Positions 6,522 to 14,964 of a DNA stretch of 64,000 bases are shown in pieces. The stretch spans positions 32,001 to 96,000 of IMG/VR virus record IMGVR_UViG_3300026549_000050; one strand, written 5' to 3'. The translations under genes were made by a program, and so were the position numbers. The notes below the pieces were generated by a model that searched no databases, was not told where the DNA came from, and worked only from the letters and a program-made list of their open reading frames with translations. This DNA comes from a virus (Duplodnaviria; Caudoviricetes). Position 1 is the stretch's first letter. The number at the start of each line of letters is the position of its first letter.

Positions 6522-6965
6522 CTATGCAATCCCTTTGAGTACCTCGATGATGTTGTCAACGTCGAACGCTGTACCCGTCCAAGCGTCTCTATTTGGTTTT
6601 TCATCATCGAACAGAATACCATTTTTATCGCTTACTATTTCGTGTTTTGGTGTTCCATATTCTACGATGTGAATTTCATCGAACTGTACGCTTTTCAGAT
6701 GTATTTTTAACCATTTGATTTTTGTGGTGCGTACTCTCTCGTTATATTCTTTTGTTCCGTTCTTTGCCGTCCACGAAACAATACCGACTTTAAAACCTTT
6801 TCTTTTCAGACCGTTCAGAAGTCTTGCGAGTGCGTTCATTCCTACCATCGGCTCTGCGAGTGCATAAGGTGTAGTTTCTTCTGCTCTCAACATTGGAAGC
6901 CAATTCTCTACTGCATAAAGGTTAGCGATTGTTCCGTCCATATCGAAGTAAATTGTTCTTGTCAT
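6522..6965 (-). CDS. HAD-superfamily phosphatase, deoxyribonucleotidase-like (paralogue 2)
   Basis: YFDMDGTIANLY and GILFDDE; highly similar to 635..1090. Confidence 0.8.
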   Translation of the reverse strand: MTRTIYFDMDGTIANLYAVENWLPMLRAEETTPYALAEPMVGMNALARLLNGLKRKGFKVGIVSWTAKNGTKEYNERVRTTKIKWLKIHLKSVQFDEIHIVEYGTPKHEIVSDKNGILFDDEKPNRDAWTGTAFDVDNIIEVLKGIA

Positions 6966-7152
6966 TGTTTTATTCTCCTTTCCTTTCTGTATCTATACTA
7001 TACCATACATTTTACAATCTGTCAATCCCTTTTTTATGTTTTTCTTTGTTTTTTTATTGTTAAATAATTAACAAAGTCGCCCGGTCTATCGCACAAATGT
7101 TCGATGAAGAGGATAAAAAATAGACCTTTATTTTTAAGGTCTATTTTTATTT

Positions 7153-7332
7153 CTAATTTGTTTCAAACATTTCTACTTTTTCGATAGTGTATTTTGTTGT
7201 GTTGTGTTCTGTATTAAGTTCTTTTGCTGTTTCTTCAGCATTTTCTTTTGAGTAGCACCACATTACGAGTGAGGTTTCTCCGATTCTTACTGTTGATGGC
7301 TTTACTACAGCCCATGTTGTGTTAGTCTTCAT
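7153..7332 (-). CDS. Small hypothetical protein (59 aa)
   Basis: MKTNTTWAVVKPSTVRIGETSLVMWCY...; RBS AAAGGAGG, own promoter and terminator. Confidence 0.6.
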   Translation of the reverse strand: MKTNTTWAVVKPSTVRIGETSLVMWCYSKENAEETAKELNTEHNTTKYTIEKVEMFETN

Positions 7333-7442
7333 TGTTCTTTCCTCCTTTGTTGTCTTTATTATAGCTCACTTAATCTCTTTTGTCAAGCTCTAATCTTGTA
7401 TTTCTTTGTTCTTTCTTCCGGCTGAGCCTGAGAGCTTGAGGC

Positions 7443-7910
7443 TTAGCCTCTTGCTCTCATTCTCATCATCTGTCCCTCTGTGATGAAGGTTGCCTTTTCA
7501 AACTTGAGCTGATAGGCTACTCCGTCAACTGTGAGGTCTCCGTCCTCTGTGAATGGTACATTGTCTTTTATCCATTCCTGTCCGTTCAGCTCGGTTATCA
7601 TCTTCTCAAATACCTCGCCTTTGTTGTACTTGCTCGTTTCCACCATTGCGTTGAAGTATTCAACGGAGCAGAGGAGCTGTGGGTTCAGGTCGAACATCAG
7701 GCTTTTCTGTGTGTGGTCTGGTTTGAATCTGAGGCTATAGCCAGCACCTCTTGAAGCCTTATCGAGCTTTGTGAGATGGTCGAGCATTGAGCCGTCAACG
7801 ATTACAAAGTACACGTTGCCTTTGTTTGTGAAGCCGAGAATATATCTGTGTGTGTACGCTTTGCGATTGTAAAAGTCTACTAACATTTTTTTAATCTCGT
7901 TGTTTTTCAT
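7443..7910 (-). CDS. Hypothetical protein, possible PD-(D/E)xK-like fold
   Basis: ATG at 7910 with RBS GAGGTGA; KGEVFE...DGD...YQLK pattern. Confidence 0.55.
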   Translation of the reverse strand: MKNNEIKKMLVDFYNRKAYTHRYILGFTNKGNVYFVIVDGSMLDHLTKLDKASRGAGYSLRFKPDHTQKSLMFDLNPQLLCSVEYFNAMVETSKYNKGEVFEKMITELNGQEWIKDNVPFTEDGDLTVDGVAYQLKFEKATFITEGQMMRMRARG

Positions 7911-8050
7911 TTTGTTCACCTCATTTCGTTTGCTTTATCTTATGTCTTAATTATATTCATTTATAAAACAATGTCAATAACTTTTACATTAAAAATAGAT
8001 TAAAAATAAATTAATTTTTAGTTTCGGGAAGTGTACCCGCCACGTCAAAA

Positions 8051-8138
8051 AGTTAAGGAACTCTAACTATTTAGATTTTTCTCTGAAAATACACGCGCGC
8101 GATATAATACAGTTTAAAAAAGTTAGATATATCTAACT
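8051..8138. repeat. Two 18-bp AGTTA-N8-TAACT palindromes, 70 bp apart
   Basis: AGTTAAGGAACTCTAACT (8051-8068) and perfect AGTTAGATATATCTAACT (8121-8138), both preceded by an A-run. Confidence 0.6.
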
Positions 8139-8273
8139 GCTATATAGGGGGTATGTTTGCGGAAAATTAAAAAAACGTTTGTTCGAATTTGACCGAGCCT
8201 GGAACACAAACCCCACGAAATAAAAAATCCATTTTATAATAAAAAAAGAGGGCCCAAACCCTCTCTTCTCTAC

Positions 8274-8621
8274 CTATACGTAATATGCTTTCCTTTTTCC
8301 TTTTCCTTTGACCTTAACGTCCGTCGAATTAATCCTCCCTGCCTTTATCAAATTCGTACATATGGCAGTTAATCTCTGTCTCGTCAACTCGACTCCTAAC
8401 TTCTCCATCAAGTCTTCAACCTGGATTGGTTCCTCCGTTAAAACCTCTACAATTTTTTCCTCTAATACCTTATTTTCGTTGTAGTGGTCCGTCGATCTTG
8501 CCTTCTCTAACGCCTTCGCGCTCGCAACATCCAACTTCTTCAATTCTTCCTTACATTCGGCGATTAACTCCTCTGTAATTTCTCCATTAATAACGGCTTC
8601 TAATCTTTGTCTACGTGTCAT
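8274..8621 (-). CDS. Small winged-helix DNA-binding protein (paralogue 3, divergent)
   Basis: MTRRQRLEAVINGEITEELIA...DVKVKGKGKRKAYYV aligns with the two other paralogues. Confidence 0.7.
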   Translation of the reverse strand: MTRRQRLEAVINGEITEELIAECKEELKKLDVASAKALEKARSTDHYNENKVLEEKIVEVLTEEPIQVEDLMEKLGVELTRQRLTAICTNLIKAGRINSTDVKVKGKGKRKAYYV

Positions 8622-8634
8622 TTATTTGACCTCC

Positions 8635-8772
8635 TTAATTTTTAAAAGCTTTATGAATATTATTAACAGTAGTAACTGTTTTACTAATTGCGGTGTATGT
8701 GGTGGTTAATATGGTTATTAAAACATATCCAAAAAAACAAGTTCCAACAATAGTGCCTATGAACTCTGCCAT
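8635..8772 (-). CDS. Small membrane protein (45 aa)
   Basis: MAEFIGTIVGTCFFGYVLITILTTTY...; RBS GAAAGGAG; stop overlaps the next RBS. Confidence 0.55.
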   Translation of the reverse strand: MAEFIGTIVGTCFFGYVLITILTTTYTAISKTVTTVNNIHKAFKN

Positions 8773-8979
8773 TATTTTTTCTCCTTTCTTTTTTCTAATT
8801 ATAGTATAATTGATTTTTGAAAAAAAGTCAAATTTTTAAATTGAATAGGTTGGACTTATTCGTGCGGCCGGTTCGTTAGTGCGCAGACGATGGCTCACTC
8901 GATGGCTCGGCCGCCACCAACATAAAACCTCTACATACAATCCGTGAAATTTTTACTCAACTTTTTTAAGTCCCAAAAT

Positions 8980-9009
8980 TTGACTTCACTCCAAACCCCG
9001 TGGTATAAT
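8980..9009 (+). promoter_or_regulatory. Sigma-A-type promoter of the rightward operon
   Basis: TTGACT-18-TATAAT with extended -10 TG, followed by RBS AGGAGG. Confidence 0.7.
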
Positions 9010-9030
9010 TAAGTTGTAGGAGGAAAACTA

Positions 9031-10356
9031 ATGAAAAATAGATTGAAACTTGACTTTGGATTGGAAACTGCGCAAGAACGTGCCAGTTTCATTGAAACAT
9101 ATATAGTGCAATTTCCAGACTTGACTGCGGCTGAAGCCGAGACTATCGCGAACTATCTGCTCTGGGGAAAAACGAAAAGCGGCGAACCACTCGGCGCCGA
9201 TGTTGGATTGGAGACGAAATGGACGAAGAAGGACGATATAGATAGTTTGGATTCGCTTTTAGAGTCGCAGACTTTTAACGATTTACAGATACATGGACTG
9301 AATGATGCTCCGGTTTATAAGAAGCCGAGGAATGTATTTTCGAGAAGTAGAGTTAGAAAGAGTGCGCCGGAGCATTTGTTGAAGGTTTTTGAGGAACTGT
9401 GGAGAGTTATTGATGAGACGGATTTGGTTATTAATTATTATGAGTTGAAGATTGGGAAGAGGATAAATCCGCCAAGAGAGGAGTTGTTGGAGAGGTTTAC
9501 AGAAGAAGAACAAGAACAACTTAAAGAAAGAGCTAATCATTTGAATCAGTATAGTTATTTAAAACAGAGGCATTACTTGGTGGAGAAAAGGAAGGAACAA
9601 TTTACACTTCAGGACTCGTATATGCCGACAATTGGCGCTTTTGGTAAAGCGCCGTCGCATTATTCACCTATTTTACCGATTTTTGGAGAGAATATAGAGG
9701 TATTGCCGCTGGGGTTGAATGAAGGACCTACTGCAGGATTGATTTTTAGAGAAGATTTTGACCCGAAGAGGTTTAGCGAAAAGGATTTGCAAGCAATTTC
9801 AAAGTTAGTTAATCGGAAGATTGACGCGGAGAAGAAAGACGATAAGAAGAAGATTGATTTCAGAGATGCAGAGACAATTTATCAGTTGTATTTGTTTGAG
9901 GATGAATTGGAAAATCAGATTGAGGAAGAGAAAGAAGCACATTATGGAGAGAGCAATCTGCCGGGATTGTTAGCGACTCTGAAGTTTTACGAGAGAATTG
10001 CAGATTTGACGGATATACAACGCGAGATTTTGAAGATGAAGGAAGAACATATGAAGAATCAGGACATAGCGGGGTATATTAATAAGAAATATGGAAAGAG
10101 TTATACAGCGAACTATATAAGTACTATATTTAAGCAAAAGATTATTGTGAAAATTGTCGAGGCTGCGGCGCTTCATAGAGATACGATTGAGAACTGTTTC
10201 TTTGAAGAGAACTTTAAGGCTTGTAGTTGCTGTGGTAAGATTTTACTTTTAGATAGTAGAAATTGGATTAGAAAGGCTAGAAGTAAAGATGGTTTTCAAA
10301 ATAGATGTAAAATTTGTGAAAGGGAAATGAGAAAGAAAAAGAAGGAGGGTAATTAG
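9031..10356 (+). CDS. Putative phage transcription regulator (sigma region-4-like HTH plus C-terminal Zn finger)
   Basis: LTDIQREILKMKEEHMKNQDIAGYI resembles sigma-4/LuxR HTH; CSCC...RCKIC Zn ligands; first gene of the morphogenesis operon. Confidence 0.5.
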   Translation: MKNRLKLDFGLETAQERASFIETYIVQFPDLTAAEAETIANYLLWGKTKSGEPLGADVGLETKWTKKDDIDSLDSLLESQTFNDLQIHGLNDAPVYKKPRNVFSRSRVRKSAPEHLLKVFEELWRVIDETDLVINYYELKIGKRINPPREELLERFTEEEQEQLKERANHLNQYSYLKQRHYLVEKRKEQFTLQDSYMPTIGAFGKAPSHYSPILPIFGENIEVLPLGLNEGPTAGLIFREDFDPKRFSEKDLQAISKLVNRKIDAEKKDDKKKIDFRDAETIYQLYLFEDELENQIEEEKEAHYGESNLPGLLATLKFYERIADLTDIQREILKMKEEHMKNQDIAGYINKKYGKSYTANYISTIFKQKIIVKIVEAAALHRDTIENCFFEENFKACSCCGKILLLDSRNWIRKARSKDGFQNRCKICEREMRKKKKEGN

Positions 10357-10357
10357 A

Positions 10358-10657
10358 ATGGCCTTAAGAGAAGATAAAGCGGTTCGACTTATTAGAAAAG
10401 TTTTAGAGTTAGACCCGATTGAATTTTTAGGAATTTGTAAGATTTTAGGGGTTTCTATTTATGATACTGTTGTAGAGAATGGAGCAGTAGAATCCGTCGA
10501 GGGCGGCCGAGCGAAAGGAGTAGTCAACGCCTCTGTAACGGTAAGAAAATTTACTGATATTTGGAGTGATGTTTGCGACGCAATTGACGGATTAAATAGA
10601 GTACAAAAAAGAAATTTAGATAAATTGCTTAAGGCAGCAATAAAGAAGGAGAATTAA
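10358..10657 (+). CDS. Hypothetical protein
   Basis: Tightly coupled ORF with RBS. Confidence 0.7.
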   Translation: MALREDKAVRLIRKVLELDPIEFLGICKILGVSIYDTVVENGAVESVEGGRAKGVVNASVTVRKFTDIWSDVCDAIDGLNRVQKRNLDKLLKAAIKKEN

Positions 10658-10658
10658 T

Positions 10659-11657
10659 ATGGCACTTAATCCACAATTAGACATAGAATTAGATTTGAAG
10701 AAATGTAAATGTTGTGGGAGAAGTAGGACTAAATTAGAATTTCTGAAAAGTAAATCATTTATGTTTCCAAGTGGTGAAGTTGATGTATGCGCCAGATGCT
10801 TGGGAGAACGGATTAGTAATACGGATGAACAAGAACAATGGAATGTTATGAATAAGATATGTCAGTATTTGGATATTCCGTTTGAACCAAAACGTTTTGA
10901 AGAGTTGAGAGAAACTTCGCATACTGCGGCCGATTTATTAAAAGGTTATAATATGATTTACTTTTCAGAAGAATATGAAAGTGTTGATTGGACCGATTAT
11001 AATGAGGCTTATAAGGAGTTGTCCGCACTCGGCGGCCTAGCAGATGTGGTGCCAGGATTGGCGGATGAGGAGCGTAGAAAACTTCAAGAGAAATGGGGTT
11101 TTAACTATGATGAAGAAGCTTTGAATTATTTGGAAAAGCTTTATGATGGGTTGCTTTTAACTCAGAATATTAATGGCGCGCTACAGGGCGACCAAGCCTT
11201 AAAGATTTGTAAGATTTCTTATGAGATTGATAATAGAATTAGAGCTGGCGAAGATTTTGATAAGTTGTTGGCCTCTTATGATAAGCTGGTTAAAACTGGA
11301 GAGTTCACTCCGAAAAACGTAAAGAACGCAAGCGATTTTGAGTCGATGGGTGAATTATGTAGGTGGCTTGAAAAACGCGGTTTTGTTAATCAGTTTTATG
11401 ATGGAGAAACTCGCGATGTAGTTGATGAGACTATTAAGAATATTCAAAGCTGGAATCAACGCTTATATACTAATGAATCCAGTATTGGCGATGAGATTAC
11501 TCAACGTATTCAGGCTTTAAAGACTGCGGCAGAATTAGAAAATTATTATGACATTGACCCAGAGGTAGATGATTATGATAATTATGAAAACGAAGGCTTT
11601 GAAGAACTATTTAAAGATGAAGAGTTTTCTGCTGACTTGCCGGAAGGAGGTGAGTAA
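10659..11657 (+). CDS. Zn-binding protein upstream of the terminase (possible small terminase subunit)
   Basis: N-terminal CKCC...CARC, acidic tail; stop overlaps the terminase start. Confidence 0.5.
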   Translation: MALNPQLDIELDLKKCKCCGRSRTKLEFLKSKSFMFPSGEVDVCARCLGERISNTDEQEQWNVMNKICQYLDIPFEPKRFEELRETSHTAADLLKGYNMIYFSEEYESVDWTDYNEAYKELSALGGLADVVPGLADEERRKLQEKWGFNYDEEALNYLEKLYDGLLLTQNINGALQGDQALKICKISYEIDNRIRAGEDFDKLLASYDKLVKTGEFTPKNVKNASDFESMGELCRWLEKRGFVNQFYDGETRDVVDETIKNIQSWNQRLYTNESSIGDEITQRIQALKTAAELENYYDIDPEVDDYDNYENEGFEELFKDEEFSADLPEGGE

Positions 11658-13468
11658 TGCAAGAAAAACGAAAGAAAGTAATTCTTAGCAATCGTCAAGA
11701 ATTAATGAATGACGACTTCATTGAACGTGCAGAGCGCGCGGGCATAGAATTGGAGAAAGGCGCGGTTATTACTACTGAATATCTGGAAAGAAATTATGAA
11801 GACCTGTGTAAGTGGGTAAATTTATTCACTGCTTATCCAGATTACTATTTAGATATAATTAGACCAGCAGATTCTGAATTTAGTTTATTTTTCTATCAGA
11901 GATTTACACTGCGCGCGTTGATGAGATTTAAGGATGTATTTATTACTGCGCCGCGTGCGTTTTCAAAATCGTTCATTACAATATTAGCTCTTTTCTTACA
12001 ATGTGTATTTATTCCTGGTCGCAAAGTATTCATGTGTGCGAACACAAAACAACAGGCGGCGCAAATTACAAAAGAAAAGATTTATGAAATATACGACCAT
12101 TGGCCGCTTTTGAAGAAAGAAATAATCGGTTGGGAGTTAAGCGATTATCCGGGTAATTTTGGCAAAGATTACGTAACGCTTAAATTTAGAAATGGTTCGG
12201 TTTTTGACGTAGTGCTTGCTGGCGATGCTGCCCGTGGAGGGCGCCGGCACGGCGGAGAGATTGATGAGATAAGAGATGGCGATGAAGAATCTATTAACTC
12301 TGTAGTTATTCCTCTTGTAAACGTATCTCGTCGTTTACCAAACAATACCGTAAATGAAAAGGAACCAAACCAACAAATTATTGCTACAACTTCTGCAGGC
12401 AGTAAAACTTCTTTTGCATATGACCGTTTAATTGACACATTTGAAAATGCAATTATTGACCCACAACATTCTTTTATGTTTGGATGCGATTGGCGGCTGC
12501 CCGCCATGCATGGTTTGATTGATAAACAATATATTAATAAATTAAAAATGAGTCCGTCATATAATGCGGAGTCATTTGCTACTGAGTATTTATCTCTTTG
12601 GCAAGGTTCGAGCGAGGATGCATGGTTCTCATATGAGAAATTATCGAAATATAGAAAAATAAAGAATCCAGAAACGCACGCAATTAATAGACCCGATTCC
12701 GAACAATTCTACTTAATATCAGTAGACGTTGGCCGAATTTCGGACCAAACCGCAGTTAGCGTTTTTAGAGTTAATGTGGTTAAGAATAAATTTTATTCAA
12801 CTTTAGTAAATTTAATAGTGTTAGGCAGAACTCCACAAACCAAGCCATTTGCGGTTCAGGCGGTTGATTTGAAGAAAATAATTCAACAATTCAATCCGCG
12901 TGAGGTGGTAATAGATACGAATGGTTTGGGTGTAGGCTTGGCTGATGAAATGATTAAGCCACAATACGATGAGATGGGAAATGTACTGCCTGCCTATGGA
13001 TTTATCAATGATGATAACTATAAAAAAATTCAACCTAAAGATGCACCACAAATTCTTTATGGAATTAAAGCAAATGGACCATTGAATTCAAAAATTCACG
13101 GTAATTGCTATTCTCGTTTAACAAGCGGAATGGCGCGTTTTCTTATAAAAGAGCAAGAAGCAAAAAGTGCTTTATTGTCTACTAAAAAAGGTCAAAAAAT
13201 GACTGTGGAACAACGAGTTATACGTTTAATGCCACATGAGATGACCACTAAGTTATTTGAAGAGATGGCTAATTTACGTTTAAAGCGCACTGGCGCAAGT
13301 CTAGATATAGTTCTCGAACGAATTAATAGTCGTTTTCCAAAGGATAAATATTCAAGTTTTTCTTATGGATTGTGGCGCATTAAAGAGTTGGAAGAAGAAT
13401 ATTATAAAACTAGTCACCGTCGTCGCGCGGCCGGTCGTAAATTAGTATTTTTCTCAGGAGGAAGGTAA
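11657..13468 (+). CDS. terL: Terminase large subunit
   Basis: Walker A-like APRAFSKS, Walker B GGEIDE, RNase H-like nuclease ISVDVG...D and C-terminal KDKYS. Confidence 0.9.
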   Translation: MQEKRKKVILSNRQELMNDDFIERAERAGIELEKGAVITTEYLERNYEDLCKWVNLFTAYPDYYLDIIRPADSEFSLFFYQRFTLRALMRFKDVFITAPRAFSKSFITILALFLQCVFIPGRKVFMCANTKQQAAQITKEKIYEIYDHWPLLKKEIIGWELSDYPGNFGKDYVTLKFRNGSVFDVVLAGDAARGGRRHGGEIDEIRDGDEESINSVVIPLVNVSRRLPNNTVNEKEPNQQIIATTSAGSKTSFAYDRLIDTFENAIIDPQHSFMFGCDWRLPAMHGLIDKQYINKLKMSPSYNAESFATEYLSLWQGSSEDAWFSYEKLSKYRKIKNPETHAINRPDSEQFYLISVDVGRISDQTAVSVFRVNVVKNKFYSTLVNLIVLGRTPQTKPFAVQAVDLKKIIQQFNPREVVIDTNGLGVGLADEMIKPQYDEMGNVLPAYGFINDDNYKKIQPKDAPQILYGIKANGPLNSKIHGNCYSRLTSGMARFLIKEQEAKSALLSTKKGQKMTVEQRVIRLMPHEMTTKLFEEMANLRLKRTGASLDIVLERINSRFPKDKYSSFSYGLWRIKELEEEYYKTSHRRRAAGRKLVFFSGGR

Positions 13469-14964
13469 TGAGTGAACAAGTTGTCAAAGAGCCAATTAAG
13501 ACTTTAGATTTGGTCTCTTTTACCAAAGCCATTAATGGGATGATTGCGAAGAATGATAAGTCTTATTCTTCCAGTACACGCTATGGCTATGATAGATATG
13601 AAAGGACAAAAGATTACACCTTAGAGGATGTAGAAAAAATAATTGATTCTGGTTCGCTCAGAGCACAGATAGTCCTTTCTCGATATTACTTTGATAGAGG
13701 CGGTTTTTATCAACGTTTGTTAATGCATTACGCCACTTTATTGAAATATACGGGTATACTAATTCCTAATCCAAGTTTTGGTAAAAATCTCTCCGAATCG
13801 TATATTTCAAAAAAGTATTACTATGCAACCGCTTTTATAGATGGCGCTAAGTTGCCAAAAGTATTTAACCATATAATGCTTCGTGCGCTACGCGACGGGT
13901 GCTATTATGGGGCGATACAATCAATTACTGATAAATCTATTTCAATTTTGGATTTGCCTGTGTATTTTTGTCGTTCACGCTTCAAAGATACAGAAGGTAA
14001 TGAAATAGTAGAGTTTAATGTTAAATATTTTGATACGATTGCTGAAGATGAGTATCGAAAGAAGGCATTAAATGCTTATCCAAAAGAGATTGCTAATTGG
14101 TACAAGAGATATCGCAATCGTACTGTTAAAAGCCCTTGGTGTTATTTATCACCTAATATTGGAATCTGTATTTCACTATTAGATGATGGTAGACCAATGT
14201 TTTTAAACATTATTCCTGCGGCGCTGGAATATGAAGATGCGAAAGATATTAACAGAGAGCGTGATTTAGAAGAAATTCGTAAGATTTTGGTTCAGAAAAT
14301 CCCACATCTATCCGATGGCGGATTATTATTTGAACCAGATGAAGCCCTTGAAATGCATAAGGGCGCAGTTGATATGATGAAAAAGAATGAAAACTTAAGC
14401 GTATTAACCACCTATGCTGACATTGACGCTGTAGTTTCAAAAACTTCTAATGACAATTCGTTAAACTCTGTAGACAAAGCATTGACGAATATTTATGCCG
14501 AGGCTGGTTCGAGTAGCCAATTGTTTGGTACAGATTCTAATCTGTCACTAAGCACTTCTATCACCAATGACATGGCGTTAGTTATGGTTATTGCGAAAAA
14601 GTTAGATAGCGTTATTACTTTTATCATTAATGAGCGTTTTGGTAATGCAAATATTAGTTTTAACTATAAAACTTTACCAATTTCTTACTACAATCAAAAA
14701 GAGTATGTAGAAACGAGTTTAAAAATGGCAAATTCTGGTTATAGTTTCTTATTACCTGCACTTGCCATGGATATATCTCAACGTGAATTAAACAATCTTA
14801 AAGATTTAGAAAATGATGTGTTAAAACTTAAGGAAAAACTTTTACCTTTGAGTACTTCCTATACAGAATCAGGAAACGTAGGACGTCCACAAAAGGACGC
14901 ACAGGATAAAAGTGCGAAAACAATAGCTAATGAAGAATCATTAGATAGAGGAGGTTCTCAATAA
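13468..14964 (+). CDS. Portal protein
   Basis: About 500 aa immediately after terL; C-terminal GRP motif common in portals. Confidence 0.75.
   Translation: MSEQVVKEPIKTLDLVSFTKAINGMIAKNDKSYSSSTRYGYDRYERTKDYTLEDVEKIIDSGSLRAQIVLSRYYFDRGGFYQRLLMHYATLLKYTGILIPNPSFGKNLSESYISKKYYYATAFIDGAKLPKVFNHIMLRALRDGCYYGAIQSITDKSISILDLPVYFCRSRFKDTEGNEIVEFNVKYFDTIAEDEYRKKALNAYPKEIANWYKRYRNRTVKSPWCYLSPNIGICISLLDDGRPMFLNIIPAALEYEDAKDINRERDLEEIRKILVQKIPHLSDGGLLFEPDEALEMHKGAVDMMKKNENLSVLTTYADIDAVVSKTSNDNSLNSVDKALTNIYAEAGSSSQLFGTDSNLSLSTSITNDMALVMVIAKKLDSVITFIINERFGNANISFNYKTLPISYYNQKEYVETSLKMANSGYSFLLPALAMDISQRELNNLKDLENDVLKLKEKLLPLSTSYTESGNVGRPQKDAQDKSAKTIANEESLDRGGSQ

Larger units (their letters stand above)
607..8184. 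promoter_or_regulatory. Series of 11 Gram-positive SOS/LexA-box-like palindromes (GAAC-N4-GTTC)
   Basis: Perfect cores at 607-618, 1197-1208, 2184-2195, 2754-2765, 4698-4709, 5136-5147, 6456-6467, 6483-6494; one-mismatch cores at 5890-5901, 7091-7102, 8173-8184; intergenic (4698-4709 touches a stop codon). Confidence 0.7.

Noticed and set aside
125-6710. Plus-strand ORFs in the early region (e.g. 590..922, 660..1031, 1344..1676, 2852..3238, 3418..3609, 5074..5445, 6384..6710)
   Set aside because: They are antisense shadows of minus-strand genes or RNA units, with no RBS and no recognisable protein features.
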